A stretch of DNA of 64,000 nt from assembly GCA_965140705.1 (NCBI GenBank), contig OZ223300.1, positions 640,001 to 704,000 of the forward strand, written 5' to 3'. The stretch comes from an uncultured Arcobacter sp. (GTDB taxonomy: Bacteria > Campylobacterota > Campylobacteria > Campylobacterales > Arcobacteraceae). Below are positions 39,387-49,816 of the stretch, piece by piece. Positions within the stretch are counted from its first letter, which is position 1, and every line of letters starts with the position of its first letter. The notes beneath the pieces are model-generated. The model was not told the DNA's origin, did not search any database, and worked only from the letters and a program-made list of their open reading frames with translations. The position numbers and the translations under genes are program-made.

Positions 39387-40073
39387 TTAAGCTGTAGCTT
39401 CGTCATCAGTATTTGGATAACAGAATCTATAACCTCTTCTTCTGATTGTTTCAATTGTAGAGATATTTAATGGTTTGTCCATTTTTTGTCTAATTTGATT
39501 GATTGCAACTTCAATAACATTTGGAGTAACTAATTCTGGCTCTTCCCAAATTGCATCAAGTAATTGTTCTTTTGAAACAATTTGATCTCTATGTCTTGCT
39601 AAGTGAGTTAATACTTCAAAAGGTTTACCTTTTAATTCAATCTCTTCACCAGCATAAAGAATTTTTTCTTCATCAGGATTAATTGATAACTCATCAATTT
39701 CAATTATATTTGTTCCACCAAATCTTAATCTTGCCTCAATTCTTGCAAGTAAAATATCAAAATCAAATGGTTTTTTAATATAATCATCAGCACCTGCTTT
39801 TAATGCTTCGATTTCACTATCTTTATCATCTCTTGCTGAGATAATAACAACTGCTGTTCTGCTACTTCTGTTTTTAACAATTTTACATAACTCAATTCCA
39901 TCACCATCTGGTAACATCCAGTCTGTTAATATTAAATCGTAATTTCTAATGTCTATAAAATATTCTGCATCTTTATAGTTTTCTGCTGAGTCAACTTGAT
40001 AACCAAAATCAGTCAAGCCCTCTTGCAGTGTTCTGTTAAGCGTAATTTCATCTTCGATAATTAAAATTCTCAT
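39387..40073 (-). CDS. hsrA: Homeostatic response regulator HsrA/CosR (HP1043 family, OmpR type)
   Basis: DIRNYDL, KGKPFEVLTHLARHRDQIVSKEQLLDAIWEEPELVTPNVIEVAINQIRQKMDKPL...RRRGYRFCYP, typical of the family. Confidence 0.9.
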   Translation of the reverse strand: MRILIIEDEITLNRTLQEGLTDFGYQVDSAENYKDAEYFIDIRNYDLILTDWMLPDGDGIELCKIVKNRSSRTAVVIISARDDKDSEIEALKAGADDYIKKPFDFDILLARIEARLRFGGTNIIEIDELSINPDEEKILYAGEEIELKGKPFEVLTHLARHRDQIVSKEQLLDAIWEEPELVTPNVIEVAINQIRQKMDKPLNISTIETIRRRGYRFCYPNTDDEATA

Positions 40074-40273
40074 TTATGTCCCTTACTTTCTTATGTTAAA
40101 CTTAAGTTTAATTTAATTTTCGCGAATTATATCATAAATAATTTCAAATTTAAAGGGTTTTTAAGGAAAATTGTTAAATTTCTTTTTAGAAGATATTTAT
40201 AGGATGATTCCATTAACTATATATTAATAAAAAATTGGTAAAATATCTCCTATAACAAATTTAAGGATTTTAT

Positions 40274-41083
40274 ATGAGAAAAACGATTTTAAGTATTGTT
40301 ACAGCTTTCGCACTGACAGCTACAACATTAAGTGCAGCTGAAACTTTTGCATCTGTTAATGGTGAAGATATAACAACACAAGATGTTGCACAACTTTTAA
40401 GAGGGCAAAATGTTAACTTTGAATCTCTTCCAAAAGAGACAAAAGATAGAGTTATTAGTCAATTAGTTGAAAAGAAATTATTAACACAAAAAGCAGTTAA
40501 AAGTGGGATAGAAAAAGAAGAAAAATATAAAGATGCTTTAGCAAAAATCAAAGAAGATTTAGCTTTAGAATTATGGATGCAAAAAGAGTATGCAAAAGTA
40601 AAAGTTACTGAGGCAGAAGAGAAAAGTTTTTATGATAAAAATAAAGAAAAATTTAAAACACCTGATACTTTAGAAGCTAGACATATATTAGTTAAAACTG
40701 AAAAAGAGGCTAAAGATATTATTGCAAAACTTAATATTGCAAAAAATAAAAAAGGTTCATTTGAAGAGTTAGCAAAAAAATTCTCAATAGGACCAACAAA
40801 AACTAAAGGTGGATATCTTGGAAAATTCCAAGCTAAACAAATGGTACCTGAGTTTTCAAAAGCTGCTTTAGCATTGAAAAAAGGTGAATACACTAAAACT
40901 CCTGTTAAAACTCAATTTGGTTATCATGTAATTTATTTAGAAAACAAAGAAGTTTCAAAAGTGTTACCTTTTGATAAAGTTAAAGGTAATATAGAAAAAT
41001 TAATTGTTCAAGAAAAATATGCAAAAATGATAAAAGAAGAAGTTGCAAAACTTAAAAAAGATGCAAAAATAATTATTAAGTAA
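40274..41083 (+). CDS. Periplasmic parvulin-type peptidyl-prolyl isomerase (PEB4/Cbf2-like)
   Basis: Signal peptide, ARHILVK, FEELAKKFS, GGYLG, MVPEF, PVKTQFGYHVI. Confidence 0.9.
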   Translation: MRKTILSIVTAFALTATTLSAAETFASVNGEDITTQDVAQLLRGQNVNFESLPKETKDRVISQLVEKKLLTQKAVKSGIEKEEKYKDALAKIKEDLALELWMQKEYAKVKVTEAEEKSFYDKNKEKFKTPDTLEARHILVKTEKEAKDIIAKLNIAKNKKGSFEELAKKFSIGPTKTKGGYLGKFQAKQMVPEFSKAALALKKGEYTKTPVKTQFGYHVIYLENKEVSKVLPFDKVKGNIEKLIVQEKYAKMIKEEVAKLKKDAKIIIK

Positions 41084-41096
41084 TAGGAGAAAAAAT

Positions 41097-42164
41097 TTGT
41101 CAGTTTTAGATATTGTTAAGCCTGGTGTTTTAAGTGGTAGTGAAGCATACAAACTTTTTGAATATGCAAAAGAGAACTCTTTTGCAATACCTGCTGTTAA
41201 TGTTGTGGGTACAGATTCAGTAAATGCGGTTTTAGAAGCTGCTGCAAAAGTTAATTCACCAGTTATTATTCAGTTTTCAAATGGAGGAGCTGAATTTTTT
41301 GCTGGAAAAGGTTTAAAAGATAGCAATGCAGGAATATATGGTGCTATTTCAGGTGCTATGCATGTTCATGCATTAGCAGAAGCTTATAAAGTGCCTGTTA
41401 TTTTACATACAGATCATGCTGCTAGAAAACTTTTACCTTGGATTGATGGCTTAATTGAAGCTGGCGAGTCGTTTTATTCAAAACACGGTAAACCTCTTTT
41501 TACTTCTCACATGCTTGATTTATCAGAAGAGAGCTTAGAAGAGAATATTAGCACTTGTGTTAACTATTTTAAAAGAATGAAAACTATTGATATGATGATT
41601 GAAATAGAACTTGGAATCACTGGTGGTGAAGAAGACGGTGTTGATAATAGTGATGTAGATAATGCCTTACTTTATACACAGCCAGAAGAAGTGTGTTATG
41701 CCTATGAGCAACTAAAAGAGGTATCACCTTATTTTACTATTGCTGCATCATTTGGAAATGTTCATGGTGTTTATAAACCAGGAAATGTTGTTTTAAGTCC
41801 TAAAATTTTAGATAATTCTCAAAAGTATATTTCTGAAAAACTTAATCTTCCTGCAAAATCTGTAAATTTTGTTTTCCATGGTGGTTCAGGTTCTTCTTTA
41901 GAAGAGATAAGAGAAGCTATTGAATATGGTGTAATTAAAATGAATATTGATACAGATACTCAATGGGCTTTTTGGAATGGTGTACGAGCATTTGAAGCTA
42001 AAAACCATGACTATCTACAAGGACAAATTGGTAACCCAGATGGGGAAGATAAACCAAACAAATCTTATTATGATCCAAGAAAATGGTTAAGAGCTGGAAT
42101 GGAATCAATGATTGCAAGATTAGAAATTGCATACACAGATTTGAAAGCTTTAAACAAAAACTAA
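41097..42164 (+). CDS. fbaA: Fructose-bisphosphate aldolase class II
   Basis: HTDHA, SHMLDLSE, ELGITGGEEDG, FGNVHGVYKPG, FHGGSGS, KMNIDTD, YDPRKW. Confidence 0.96.
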   Translation: MSVLDIVKPGVLSGSEAYKLFEYAKENSFAIPAVNVVGTDSVNAVLEAAAKVNSPVIIQFSNGGAEFFAGKGLKDSNAGIYGAISGAMHVHALAEAYKVPVILHTDHAARKLLPWIDGLIEAGESFYSKHGKPLFTSHMLDLSEESLEENISTCVNYFKRMKTIDMMIEIELGITGGEEDGVDNSDVDNALLYTQPEEVCYAYEQLKEVSPYFTIAASFGNVHGVYKPGNVVLSPKILDNSQKYISEKLNLPAKSVNFVFHGGSGSSLEEIREAIEYGVIKMNIDTDTQWAFWNGVRAFEAKNHDYLQGQIGNPDGEDKPNKSYYDPRKWLRAGMESMIARLEIAYTDLKALNKN

Positions 42165-42211
42165 TATATAAAAATATATAATCCCAAGCTAGTTTACAGA
42201 CTAGCTTGTGT

Positions 42212-42296
42212 GCCGCTATGGTGAAACTGGTAAACACGCCGGATTCAAAATCCGGTGACCTCGGTCTTGTCGGTTCAAGTCCGACTAGCGGTACCA
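42212..42296 (+). tRNA. tRNA-Leu (anticodon CAA)
   Basis: GCCGCTA acceptor stem pairs with TAGCGGT-ACCA; anticodon arm CCGGA-TTCAAAA-TCCGG; long variable arm; T-arm GTCGG-TTCAAGT-CCGAC; encoded CCA. Confidence 0.95.
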
Positions 42297-42368
42297 CTTA
42301 CAATACAAATCTTACTTATGTAAGGTTTTAGTATTTACTTCTACTTCTAATATTAACTTAAACAAAAT

Positions 42369-42896
42369 TTATTTTAAATTTTCTCCATTAGTAATAAAAG
42401 AAAAGGCTTTATTCCCAGAGTTGTTTACCATAACAGCCTGAACTATTGGATTTGAAAGAGTTTTTGAACCTTCCCATTCTACAATAAAGTTAGCCCCTGA
42501 ACCACCTCTTATGTCATTTAAATCAACAACAAAATCAATTGAAGCCATAGGTTTTAATATATGTGGCTTTGAAACATATGTTTCTAGAAGTTCTCCTTTT
42601 GTACTATAATAAGATATTTTATTTATCCACATATTTTGGTTAAAATCAGTATTTCTAATACTAAGTGTGATTCCCATTAGCTCATATTTTTCATCAGATG
42701 TGTAAACATGAGAATATACAGGAACATATACAGTTTCATGTCTATCAATACTTGTTTTAATTCTTTCAGAAGGGTAGAAGTGAGAGTACTCTTTCGCTTT
42801 CTTTTTGTTAGGCTCATCATCTGTACAGCCAGTTGCAAAAAATGTATATAAAAATATAAGTGCAATTATTTTTAATAAACTAAGTCTATTTTTCAA
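42369..42896 (-). CDS. DUF3124-family lipoprotein
   Basis: Lipobox FATGC; VYVPVYSHVY, TLSIRNTD, GGSGANFIVEW. Confidence 0.7.
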   Translation of the reverse strand: MKNRLSLLKIIALIFLYTFFATGCTDDEPNKKKAKEYSHFYPSERIKTSIDRHETVYVPVYSHVYTSDEKYELMGITLSIRNTDFNQNMWINKISYYSTKGELLETYVSKPHILKPMASIDFVVDLNDIRGGSGANFIVEWEGSKTLSNPIVQAVMVNNSGNKAFSFITNGENLK

Positions 42897-43000
42897 GTTT
42901 AAACCTCCAAGAATAATTTAAAACTATTTAATTCTAGCAAGAATATGATTAACATATATACTAATTGTAAGAATATATAAAAAATAGAAAGTTTAGTGTA

Positions 43001-44428
43001 TTAATTTTCCCAGATTAAATGTTTTTCTTTTGGTTGGGCATAAAGGTACCCTTGAGAGTAATCAATACCCAAATCAACAATTAATTGTGCAAGTTTTTCA
43101 TTATCAACAAATTCTGCAACTGTTTTAATTCCATTGATTTTAGAAAACTCTACAATTAGTTTTATTATGCTGATATTATCTTGATTATTTACAAGGTTCT
43201 GAATAAGACTTCCATCTATTTTTAAATAGTCAGGTTTTAGTTTTAAAATATTGTTCCAATTAGAGTATCCTGAGCCAAAGTCATCTAAGGCAACTTTTGT
43301 ACCATATTTCCTCAGTTTATTTGTAAATTCAATCAAAAACTCATAATCCATAATATTTTCTGTTTCTAAAAACTCTATTGTTAAACGTTTTGCAATATTT
43401 GGATGGGAGTCAAGCATTTTAAAGATAAACTCATTTGTATGTTGATTTATAACATCAATGTAAGATAAATTAATTGAGAATTCATCTGTTAAGTTTTTAA
43501 AGTCATTAAATGTATGCTCAAAAATATTCATTGTAATCTTGTGATAGAGTTTAAACTTTTTTGCAACATCAATAAATAAGTAAGGACTTAATAAAGTGTC
43601 ATTTTCTTTTATCCTAACCAAAGCTTCATATTTATAGGTTAATTTATTTTTATTATCATGAATCGCTTGGTAAACAGGAATTACTTTTTTATTTTTAAAT
43701 CCATTTTCTAAGGTAGTTAACATTTCTAATGAATCTGATTTCATATCAATATTTTCAGTATAATGATAAATACTTTTATGAATACTATTTCGGGCATATC
43801 TTAATGCAGAAAGAGCAGTAAGATATTTGGGTGATTTATCTGAATAGGCAAAATTCAAGTGTATCGTAAACTCATTTTTATCAAGAAGAAAAGACTTTTT
43901 TTCAAATAGAAGTTTTATTCTTCTTATTGAGTGTTCAATATTATCTTCATTACAGTAAAATGCAAACTCATCCCCATAGATTCTATAAAGTTTTACTTGT
44001 AGGTTCTCTTTTACTATAGAGTTTAATTCATCTGCAATCATTGCTAGAAGTTTGTCAGCTTTTTCAAAACCAAGATATTTATTAAAAACACCAAAATCAA
44101 TAACATTTAAAAGTACTACATACTTATATTGATTTTCATCAACACTTAAAAATGCATTTCTATTTTTTAATTTAGTGAGAGAATCAATTTCAGTCATTGA
44201 GATAATCTCTTTTTTAACTTTTTTTAAATCTTTAACTTTTTTAAGAGCATAAAGTGAGAGTGCAATTAATATAGAAATAAAAATTAGAATAAATTCATCT
44301 AGTCTATATTTTTCATATTGTCTAGTAAATTTATATATACTTTCAAATAAATCAAGCTTAATTAAAATAGGAGAAATTACTAAAATCAATAAAATAATAA
44401 TTATTTCGTCGGAGTATTTTTTAAACAT
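43001..44428 (-). CDS. Membrane GGDEF(degenerate)-EAL protein, probable c-di-GMP phosphodiesterase
   Basis: DSLTKLKNR, YGDEF (degenerate), YEALVRI, FSINLS, ALDDFGSGYSN, LKIDGS, VAEFV, QGY. Confidence 0.88.
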   Translation of the reverse strand: MFKKYSDEIIIILLILVISPILIKLDLFESIYKFTRQYEKYRLDEFILIFISILIALSLYALKKVKDLKKVKKEIISMTEIDSLTKLKNRNAFLSVDENQYKYVVLLNVIDFGVFNKYLGFEKADKLLAMIADELNSIVKENLQVKLYRIYGDEFAFYCNEDNIEHSIRRIKLLFEKKSFLLDKNEFTIHLNFAYSDKSPKYLTALSALRYARNSIHKSIYHYTENIDMKSDSLEMLTTLENGFKNKKVIPVYQAIHDNKNKLTYKYEALVRIKENDTLLSPYLFIDVAKKFKLYHKITMNIFEHTFNDFKNLTDEFSINLSYIDVINQHTNEFIFKMLDSHPNIAKRLTIEFLETENIMDYEFLIEFTNKLRKYGTKVALDDFGSGYSNWNNILKLKPDYLKIDGSLIQNLVNNQDNISIIKLIVEFSKINGIKTVAEFVDNEKLAQLIVDLGIDYSQGYLYAQPKEKHLIWEN

Positions 44429-44527
44429 AGAGTACCTTGTTCCTATAATTAGGAGTTTTTTTGTTTATAATAGCAGAATAAAAATAATTCTTTTATAAAG
44501 AAAGTAAAAAAATAATTATTTATTCTT

Positions 44528-44920
44528 TTAATTTGACTTTTCTTTTTCTGTTATCAATGCCAAATTATTTAGATCATATTTTTGCAATAAGTCCAAAACT
44601 CTTACTACTCTTTTATATTGAACTTTTTCATCAATACGCACTATCAGTGGTTTGGTTTTGTCTTTTATTTGTTTGAGATTGTCTTCTAATGACTCGAAAG
44701 ATACTTCTATTCCTTTTATAGCAAGTTTTGTGGGTGAAAGTTCGATAAATATTTCATCTTTTGTAACTTCAGTCTTTTTTGCATTTGATTTTGGTAAATC
44801 TAAAACTAAGGCTAACTCTTCTTTTTTAAATACAGAAGTTACTATAAAAAATATAAGTAAAATAAACACCACATCAATGATAGGTGTTAAATCCATACCT
44901 AAAGATTCTCTTCTTTTCAT
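44528..44920 (-). CDS. exbD: ExbD/TolR-family protein
   Basis: DLTPIIDVVFILLIFFIVT motif. Confidence 0.85.
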   Translation of the reverse strand: MKRRESLGMDLTPIIDVVFILLIFFIVTSVFKKEELALVLDLPKSNAKKTEVTKDEIFIELSPTKLAIKGIEVSFESLEDNLKQIKDKTKPLIVRIDEKVQYKRVVRVLDLLQKYDLNNLALITEKEKSN

Positions 44921-45393
44921 GATTTAACAATCTCTTTTTTTGCTTTTAATTCTATGGCATCTATTTGTGAGATAAAGTGATTATAAGCAATATGGTGTGG
45001 AATTGCAACAATAAGCCCAGCAATTGTAGTAATTAAGGCAATAGAGATACCATTAGAAAAAATACTTGGATCTCCAAGTCCATTTTTTGTAATCGCTTCA
45101 AAAGATTTAAATACTCCATAAACTGTACCTAAAAGACCTAGTAGTGGAGCAATTGAAGCAATATTTTTTATGTATGTTAGACCAGTTTCTAATTTTTTTA
45201 CTTCATACTCTATTTGGGCGTATATTGTAAGTGCATTTTCTGTATTTACTTTGTCTCTTATATTTTTAACCATAGCATTTTTTCTTGGAAGTGTTAAAAA
45301 TTTCCAAATAATAATAGTAAATCCTATGATATTCAAAAAAATAAGAATATAAACAATAATTCCACCCTTATCAACATACTGCATTAAATCCAT
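44917..45393 (-). CDS. exbB: MotA/TolQ/ExbB proton-channel protein
   Basis: IAPLLGLLGTV, GISIALITTIAGLIVAIP. Confidence 0.85.
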   Translation of the reverse strand: MDLMQYVDKGGIIVYILIFLNIIGFTIIIWKFLTLPRKNAMVKNIRDKVNTENALTIYAQIEYEVKKLETGLTYIKNIASIAPLLGLLGTVYGVFKSFEAITKNGLGDPSIFSNGISIALITTIAGLIVAIPHHIAYNHFISQIDAIELKAKKEIVKS

Positions 45394-45437
45394 TAGTTAC
45401 TCCCAAATTTTTTAGTTATTTTAGTATAATAAGTTTA

Positions 45438-46325
45438 ATGGAATATATAAACTCAAGAATTGATTCAATAAATTTTGAAAATCATCAAATTTTTATTAAA
45501 AGAGATGATTTATTAAGTAAAGAGTTCTCAGGTAATAAAGCAAGAAAATTTTACTATTTTTTAAATAAAGATTTTAAAGATATTAAAAAAATTATTTCTT
45601 TTGGTTCACCCCAAGCAAACTCTTTGTACTCCTTGTCTGTTTTAGCAAAAATAAAAAATGTAAAACTAGATTTTTATGTCTCTCACATAGCTTCTTTTTT
45701 AAAAGAGAATCCTCAAGGGAATTATAAAGAGGCATTAAAAAATGGTGCAAATATAATAGAAATACAAAAAGAAGATTTGACAAGCCAAGAGTATGTAGAA
45801 AAAGAGATTCTAAAAGATGAAAAAGATTTTGTGTATATAGAAGAGGGTGGAAGAGTAAAAGAGGCTGAGTATGGAATAAAGATATTAGCTGAGGAAATAA
45901 ATACTTGGATAAAAGAAAATAAAAAAGAAAATTTAAAAGTGTATTTACCAAGTGGTACGGGAACAACAGCCCTTTTTTTACAAAAACATTTAGATGTAGA
46001 AGTATTAACTTCTCCTTGTGTAGGGGATGAAAACTATCTTAAAAAGCAGTTTCTACAATTAAATAACGATGAAACCAAACATCCTACAATAATAAAAACT
46101 AAAAAGAAATATCACTTTGGAAAACTCTATAAAGAGTTTTATGAAATGCATTTAAATCTTTTAAGTCAAACAAATATAGAGTTTGATTTACTTTATGATA
46201 GTTTAGGGTGGCTTACTTTGATATCCTCAAAAACTTTTCAAGATGGTGAAATTTTGTATATACATCAAGGTGGAATTTTAGGTAATGAAAGCATGATAAA
46301 TAGATACAAAAACAAATATCTTTAA
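45438..46325 (+). CDS. PLP-dependent D-cysteine desulfhydrase/ACC deaminase-family protein
   Basis: IKRDDLL, SGNKARK (PLP Lys), EEGG, SGTGTT, FDLLYD, IHQGG. Confidence 0.8.
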   Translation: MEYINSRIDSINFENHQIFIKRDDLLSKEFSGNKARKFYYFLNKDFKDIKKIISFGSPQANSLYSLSVLAKIKNVKLDFYVSHIASFLKENPQGNYKEALKNGANIIEIQKEDLTSQEYVEKEILKDEKDFVYIEEGGRVKEAEYGIKILAEEINTWIKENKKENLKVYLPSGTGTTALFLQKHLDVEVLTSPCVGDENYLKKQFLQLNNDETKHPTIIKTKKKYHFGKLYKEFYEMHLNLLSQTNIEFDLLYDSLGWLTLISSKTFQDGEILYIHQGGILGNESMINRYKNKYL

Positions 46326-46350
46326 GTTTAAATCTACTAAAATAGAAATA

Positions 46351-49263
46351 ATGAAAATAAATAAATTACTACTAATATTATTATTCTTTTACTCTACACT
46401 TTTTTCTAAAGAACTAGAAAAAGTATCCCTTCAATTAAATTGGAAGTATCAGTTTGAATTTGCAGGTTTTATAACAGCATATGAAAAAGGTTATTATAAA
46501 GATATTGGTCTTGATGTAGATATAAGAGAGTTCACAAAAGATACAAATATAATCGATGATGTGACAAACAAAAAAGCTGATTTTGGTATTTTTGATTTGT
46601 CACTATTTGAATATTATAATGATAAAAAACCTCTAATGCTTTTAGCAAATTATATGAAAAAATCTGGCTTAGTATTTGTGACAAAACAAGACATTATTAC
46701 TCCATATGATTTTAAAAATAAAATTATAATGGCAAGTAAAAATGAATTGGAAAAATCTGTTTTATCAGAATTGCTTAAAAAGTTTTCAATCAAAAAAAGT
46801 GATTTTAAAAAGATTGAACCCCATCATTTTTCTTCAGAAGATTTTATAAATGGTAAAGTAGATATTATAACTGCATATTTATCAAATGAATTATATGAAA
46901 TCAAAAAATCAAAAGTACCTTATAATATAATTGATCCTTCTAATTATGACTTAGCTACTTTTGGTCTTAATTTATTTGCTCTAAAAAGTACAGTAGATAA
47001 AAATCCTGAAGAAATTAGAAAATTTATTGATGCTACAAATAAAGGTTGGGAGTATGCTTTTGCCCATAAAAAAGAGATTATTGATATTATTTATAACAAA
47101 TATTCAAAGCTAAAATCAAAGGATGCACTACTATTTGAAGCCGATGAAATTGAAAAGCTAATGATGCCAAATATATATCAAATAGGTAGTATTAGAAGTG
47201 AATTTATAGGAAGCATACTTAAAAAAATAGAAAGTTCAAATTTAGGGAAAACTATTTCAGTTAAGGATATTGTATTTAAAAATAACTATTACAAAAAGAA
47301 TGATCTTTTTAACACTAAAAATAAAGAATATTTACAAAATAAAAAGAAAATAAATGTTTGTATTGATCCTAATTGGATGCCTTTAGAAAAAATACAAAAT
47401 GGTAGATATATTGGTATAAGTAAAGAGTATATGGAGTATTTCCAAAGTATAGTACATGTGCCAATTATTTTAGTACCTACAAATAGTTGGAGTGAAAGTT
47501 TAGAAAAATTAAAAGAGAAGAAGTGTGATATTCTTTCTCTTGCAATGGATACGAAAGGTAGAGAAAAATATATTAATTTTACAAAACCATATATCTCTTC
47601 AAATTTTGTTGTTGTCACAAAAAATGATGAATTATTTGTCCCTGATGTGAAAAAAATCATAGGAAAAAGAAAATTAGCAGTAGTAAAAAATTATGCAATT
47701 ATTGATGTTTTAAAAGAAAAATATAATTACAAAAATATTGTTGAAGTAAATTCAATTGAAGAGGGCTTGGAAAAAGTACTCTCAGGTGAGGTTTTTGGAT
47801 ATATTGATTGCTTGTCTGTTGTTGGCTATAAAATTCAAAAAGAGTATACAAGTGAACTTAAGATTGTAGGAAAATTTGATGAAGCTTTAAATTTAAGTAT
47901 TGGGGTTCAAAAAGATGATTTGGAGTTATTGGAGATTTTTAATAAAGTCATAGAAAATCTTCCAGAAGATAAAAAACAAGAAATTTTAAACAAATGGGTA
48001 AATATAAAATTTGATAAGGGCATTGATTATTCTTTATTATGGAAAGTTATTATTGGATTTTTAGCAGTAATACTTCTAATTAGTTATAGACAAAAAGAGT
48101 TGATTAATAAAAATAAAAAAATAGAAGAACAAAGAAATAAATTAAAAGATAGTAATAATCAATTTAAAAGAATGCAAAAAGAGTTAGAACATACTTTAAA
48201 AAGTTTTGAAATGCTTCTTAGTTCAACTATGGATTCAATTTTTGTAATTGAAAAAAACATTTGCATAGATACAAATGAAAATGCTGTAGCACTCTTAGGA
48301 TACAAAGAAAAAAAAGAGTTAATAGGAAAAAATATTTTAAACTATCTTGAAAGTGCTTCAAGACGAGAGATTATAAAAAATCTATACACAAAAGATGAGC
48401 CCTTTGAAATAAATATAAAAGATAAAGATAATAATATAATTCCTTCTTTAATAAAAGTAAAAACAACTGCTTTTGAGGGTAAAGCTGTTTATGTTATAAG
48501 TCTAATTGATTTGAGAGAAATAAAAGAAAAAGAGGTGCTCTTTTTCAAACAATCAAAAATGGCAGCAATGGGTGAGATGATTGGAAATATAGCACATCAA
48601 TGGAGACAGCCATTAAGCGTTATTAGTGCAGTATCTACAGGTTTAAAACTAAAACTTATGGTAGGTAAATATGATGAAGAAAGTGTTATCTCTTCATTAG
48701 ATAATATGAATGAATCTGCACAATATTTATCTCAAACTATAGATGATTTTAGAAATTTTTATAAATCTGATAAAGAAAAGACTCGGGTTACATCAAATTT
48801 TATCATTGATAAAAATATAAATTTAATAAATAGTAGTTTAAAAGATAATGGAATTACAATTTTTACAAATAATAAATGTGAAGATTTAGGAATAAATACT
48901 TATCTTAATGAATTGATTCAAGCAACTGTTAATATATTTAACAACGCAAAGGATGCTTTAAATTTAAATAATGTAAATGAAGATAAATTTATATTTTTTG
49001 ATGTTTTTAAAGAAGATAAATATTTAGTTTTATCAATAAAAGATAATGCAGGTGGAGTTCCAAAAGATATAATAGACAAAGTTTTTGAACCATATTTTAC
49101 AACTAAACATAAAAGTAATGGTACAGGTATTGGTTTATATATGACCCATCAAATTATTGAAAACCATATTAATGGAAAAGTTGAAGTTAGAAATGAAGAG
49201 TTTGAGTGGGAAAATAAAAAATATAAAGGTGCTAATTTTCTCATTTATTTGCCTATTCTTTAA
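46351..49263 (+). CDS. Sensor histidine kinase with NMT1/THI5-like and family-3 SBP periplasmic domains, PAS, HisKA and HATPase
   Basis: LQLNWKYQFEFAGF..KGYY, CIDPNWMPLE, TM segment, QSKMAAMGEMIGNIAHQWRQPL, DNAGG, FEPYFTTK, GTGIGLY. Confidence 0.88.
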   Translation: MKINKLLLILLFFYSTLFSKELEKVSLQLNWKYQFEFAGFITAYEKGYYKDIGLDVDIREFTKDTNIIDDVTNKKADFGIFDLSLFEYYNDKKPLMLLANYMKKSGLVFVTKQDIITPYDFKNKIIMASKNELEKSVLSELLKKFSIKKSDFKKIEPHHFSSEDFINGKVDIITAYLSNELYEIKKSKVPYNIIDPSNYDLATFGLNLFALKSTVDKNPEEIRKFIDATNKGWEYAFAHKKEIIDIIYNKYSKLKSKDALLFEADEIEKLMMPNIYQIGSIRSEFIGSILKKIESSNLGKTISVKDIVFKNNYYKKNDLFNTKNKEYLQNKKKINVCIDPNWMPLEKIQNGRYIGISKEYMEYFQSIVHVPIILVPTNSWSESLEKLKEKKCDILSLAMDTKGREKYINFTKPYISSNFVVVTKNDELFVPDVKKIIGKRKLAVVKNYAIIDVLKEKYNYKNIVEVNSIEEGLEKVLSGEVFGYIDCLSVVGYKIQKEYTSELKIVGKFDEALNLSIGVQKDDLELLEIFNKVIENLPEDKKQEILNKWVNIKFDKGIDYSLLWKVIIGFLAVILLISYRQKELINKNKKIEEQRNKLKDSNNQFKRMQKELEHTLKSFEMLLSSTMDSIFVIEKNICIDTNENAVALLGYKEKKELIGKNILNYLESASRREIIKNLYTKDEPFEINIKDKDNNIIPSLIKVKTTAFEGKAVYVISLIDLREIKEKEVLFFKQSKMAAMGEMIGNIAHQWRQPLSVISAVSTGLKLKLMVGKYDEESVISSLDNMNESAQYLSQTIDDFRNFYKSDKEKTRVTSNFIIDKNINLINSSLKDNGITIFTNNKCEDLGINTYLNELIQATVNIFNNAKDALNLNNVNEDKFIFFDVFKEDKYLVLSIKDNAGGVPKDIIDKVFEPYFTTKHKSNGTGIGLYMTHQIIENHINGKVEVRNEEFEWENKKYKGANFLIYLPIL

Positions 49264-49296
49264 AGTTTTAATTTTATTTAGATATAATCGCAAGTT

Positions 49297-49809
49297 ATGA
49301 ATAAAAACAATATTATACTAATCGGTTTTATGGGTGTAGGTAAGGGTACCATTGCACGAGCTTTGTTTAAATCTAGTGGTAGATTTTCTATTGATACAGA
49401 TGATTTAATAGAGAGTATTACAAAAAAGAAAATTAAAACAATTTTCAAAGATGAAGGTGAAGCTTATTTTAGAGATTTAGAAAAACAATGTGCTTTATGG
49501 TTGGAAAAATCAATTACAAACACTGTTATATCTACGGGTGGTGGATTTTATAGACAAGAAAATATTAAAAATATTGGTAAAATTGTCTATTTAAAATCAT
49601 CTTTTGAAGGTATCTTAAAAAGAATTAATGATGCCCCAAATGCAAAACAAAAATTAAATAAAAGACCACTACTCAAAAATTTAGATGAAGCAAAAAAACT
49701 TTATGAAACAAGAATTAAAGAGTATGAAAAAGTATCTGACGTAATAGTTGATGTGGAAGCTAGAGATATGGAAGATATTTTAAAAGAACTAATAAGTAAG
49801 TGTGAATGA
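49297..49809 (+). CDS. aroK: Shikimate kinase
   Basis: LIGFMGVGKGT P-loop, DTDDLIE, GEAYFRDLE, STGGG, RPLL. Confidence 0.93.
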   Translation: MNKNNIILIGFMGVGKGTIARALFKSSGRFSIDTDDLIESITKKKIKTIFKDEGEAYFRDLEKQCALWLEKSITNTVISTGGGFYRQENIKNIGKIVYLKSSFEGILKRINDAPNAKQKLNKRPLLKNLDEAKKLYETRIKEYEKVSDVIVDVEARDMEDILKELISKCE

Positions 49810-49816
49810 GGACTAA

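Noticed and set aside
41998..42297. 99-aa minus-strand ORF (MVPLVGLEPTRP...)
   Set aside because: Antisense reading of tRNA-Leu and the end of fbaA
42212..44500. tRNA-Leu as an integration site for the DUF3124/EAL genes
   Set aside because: No integrase, and no duplicate of the tRNA 3' end seen in the window
44528..45393. exbB-exbD without an adjacent tonB
   Set aside because: Stand-alone exbBD pairs are common, and tonB can lie elsewhere
45438..46325. True ACC deaminase (plant growth-promotion trait)
   Set aside because: Only family-level motifs are visible; I could not confirm AcdS-specific residues, and similar proteins are widespread in Campylobacterota
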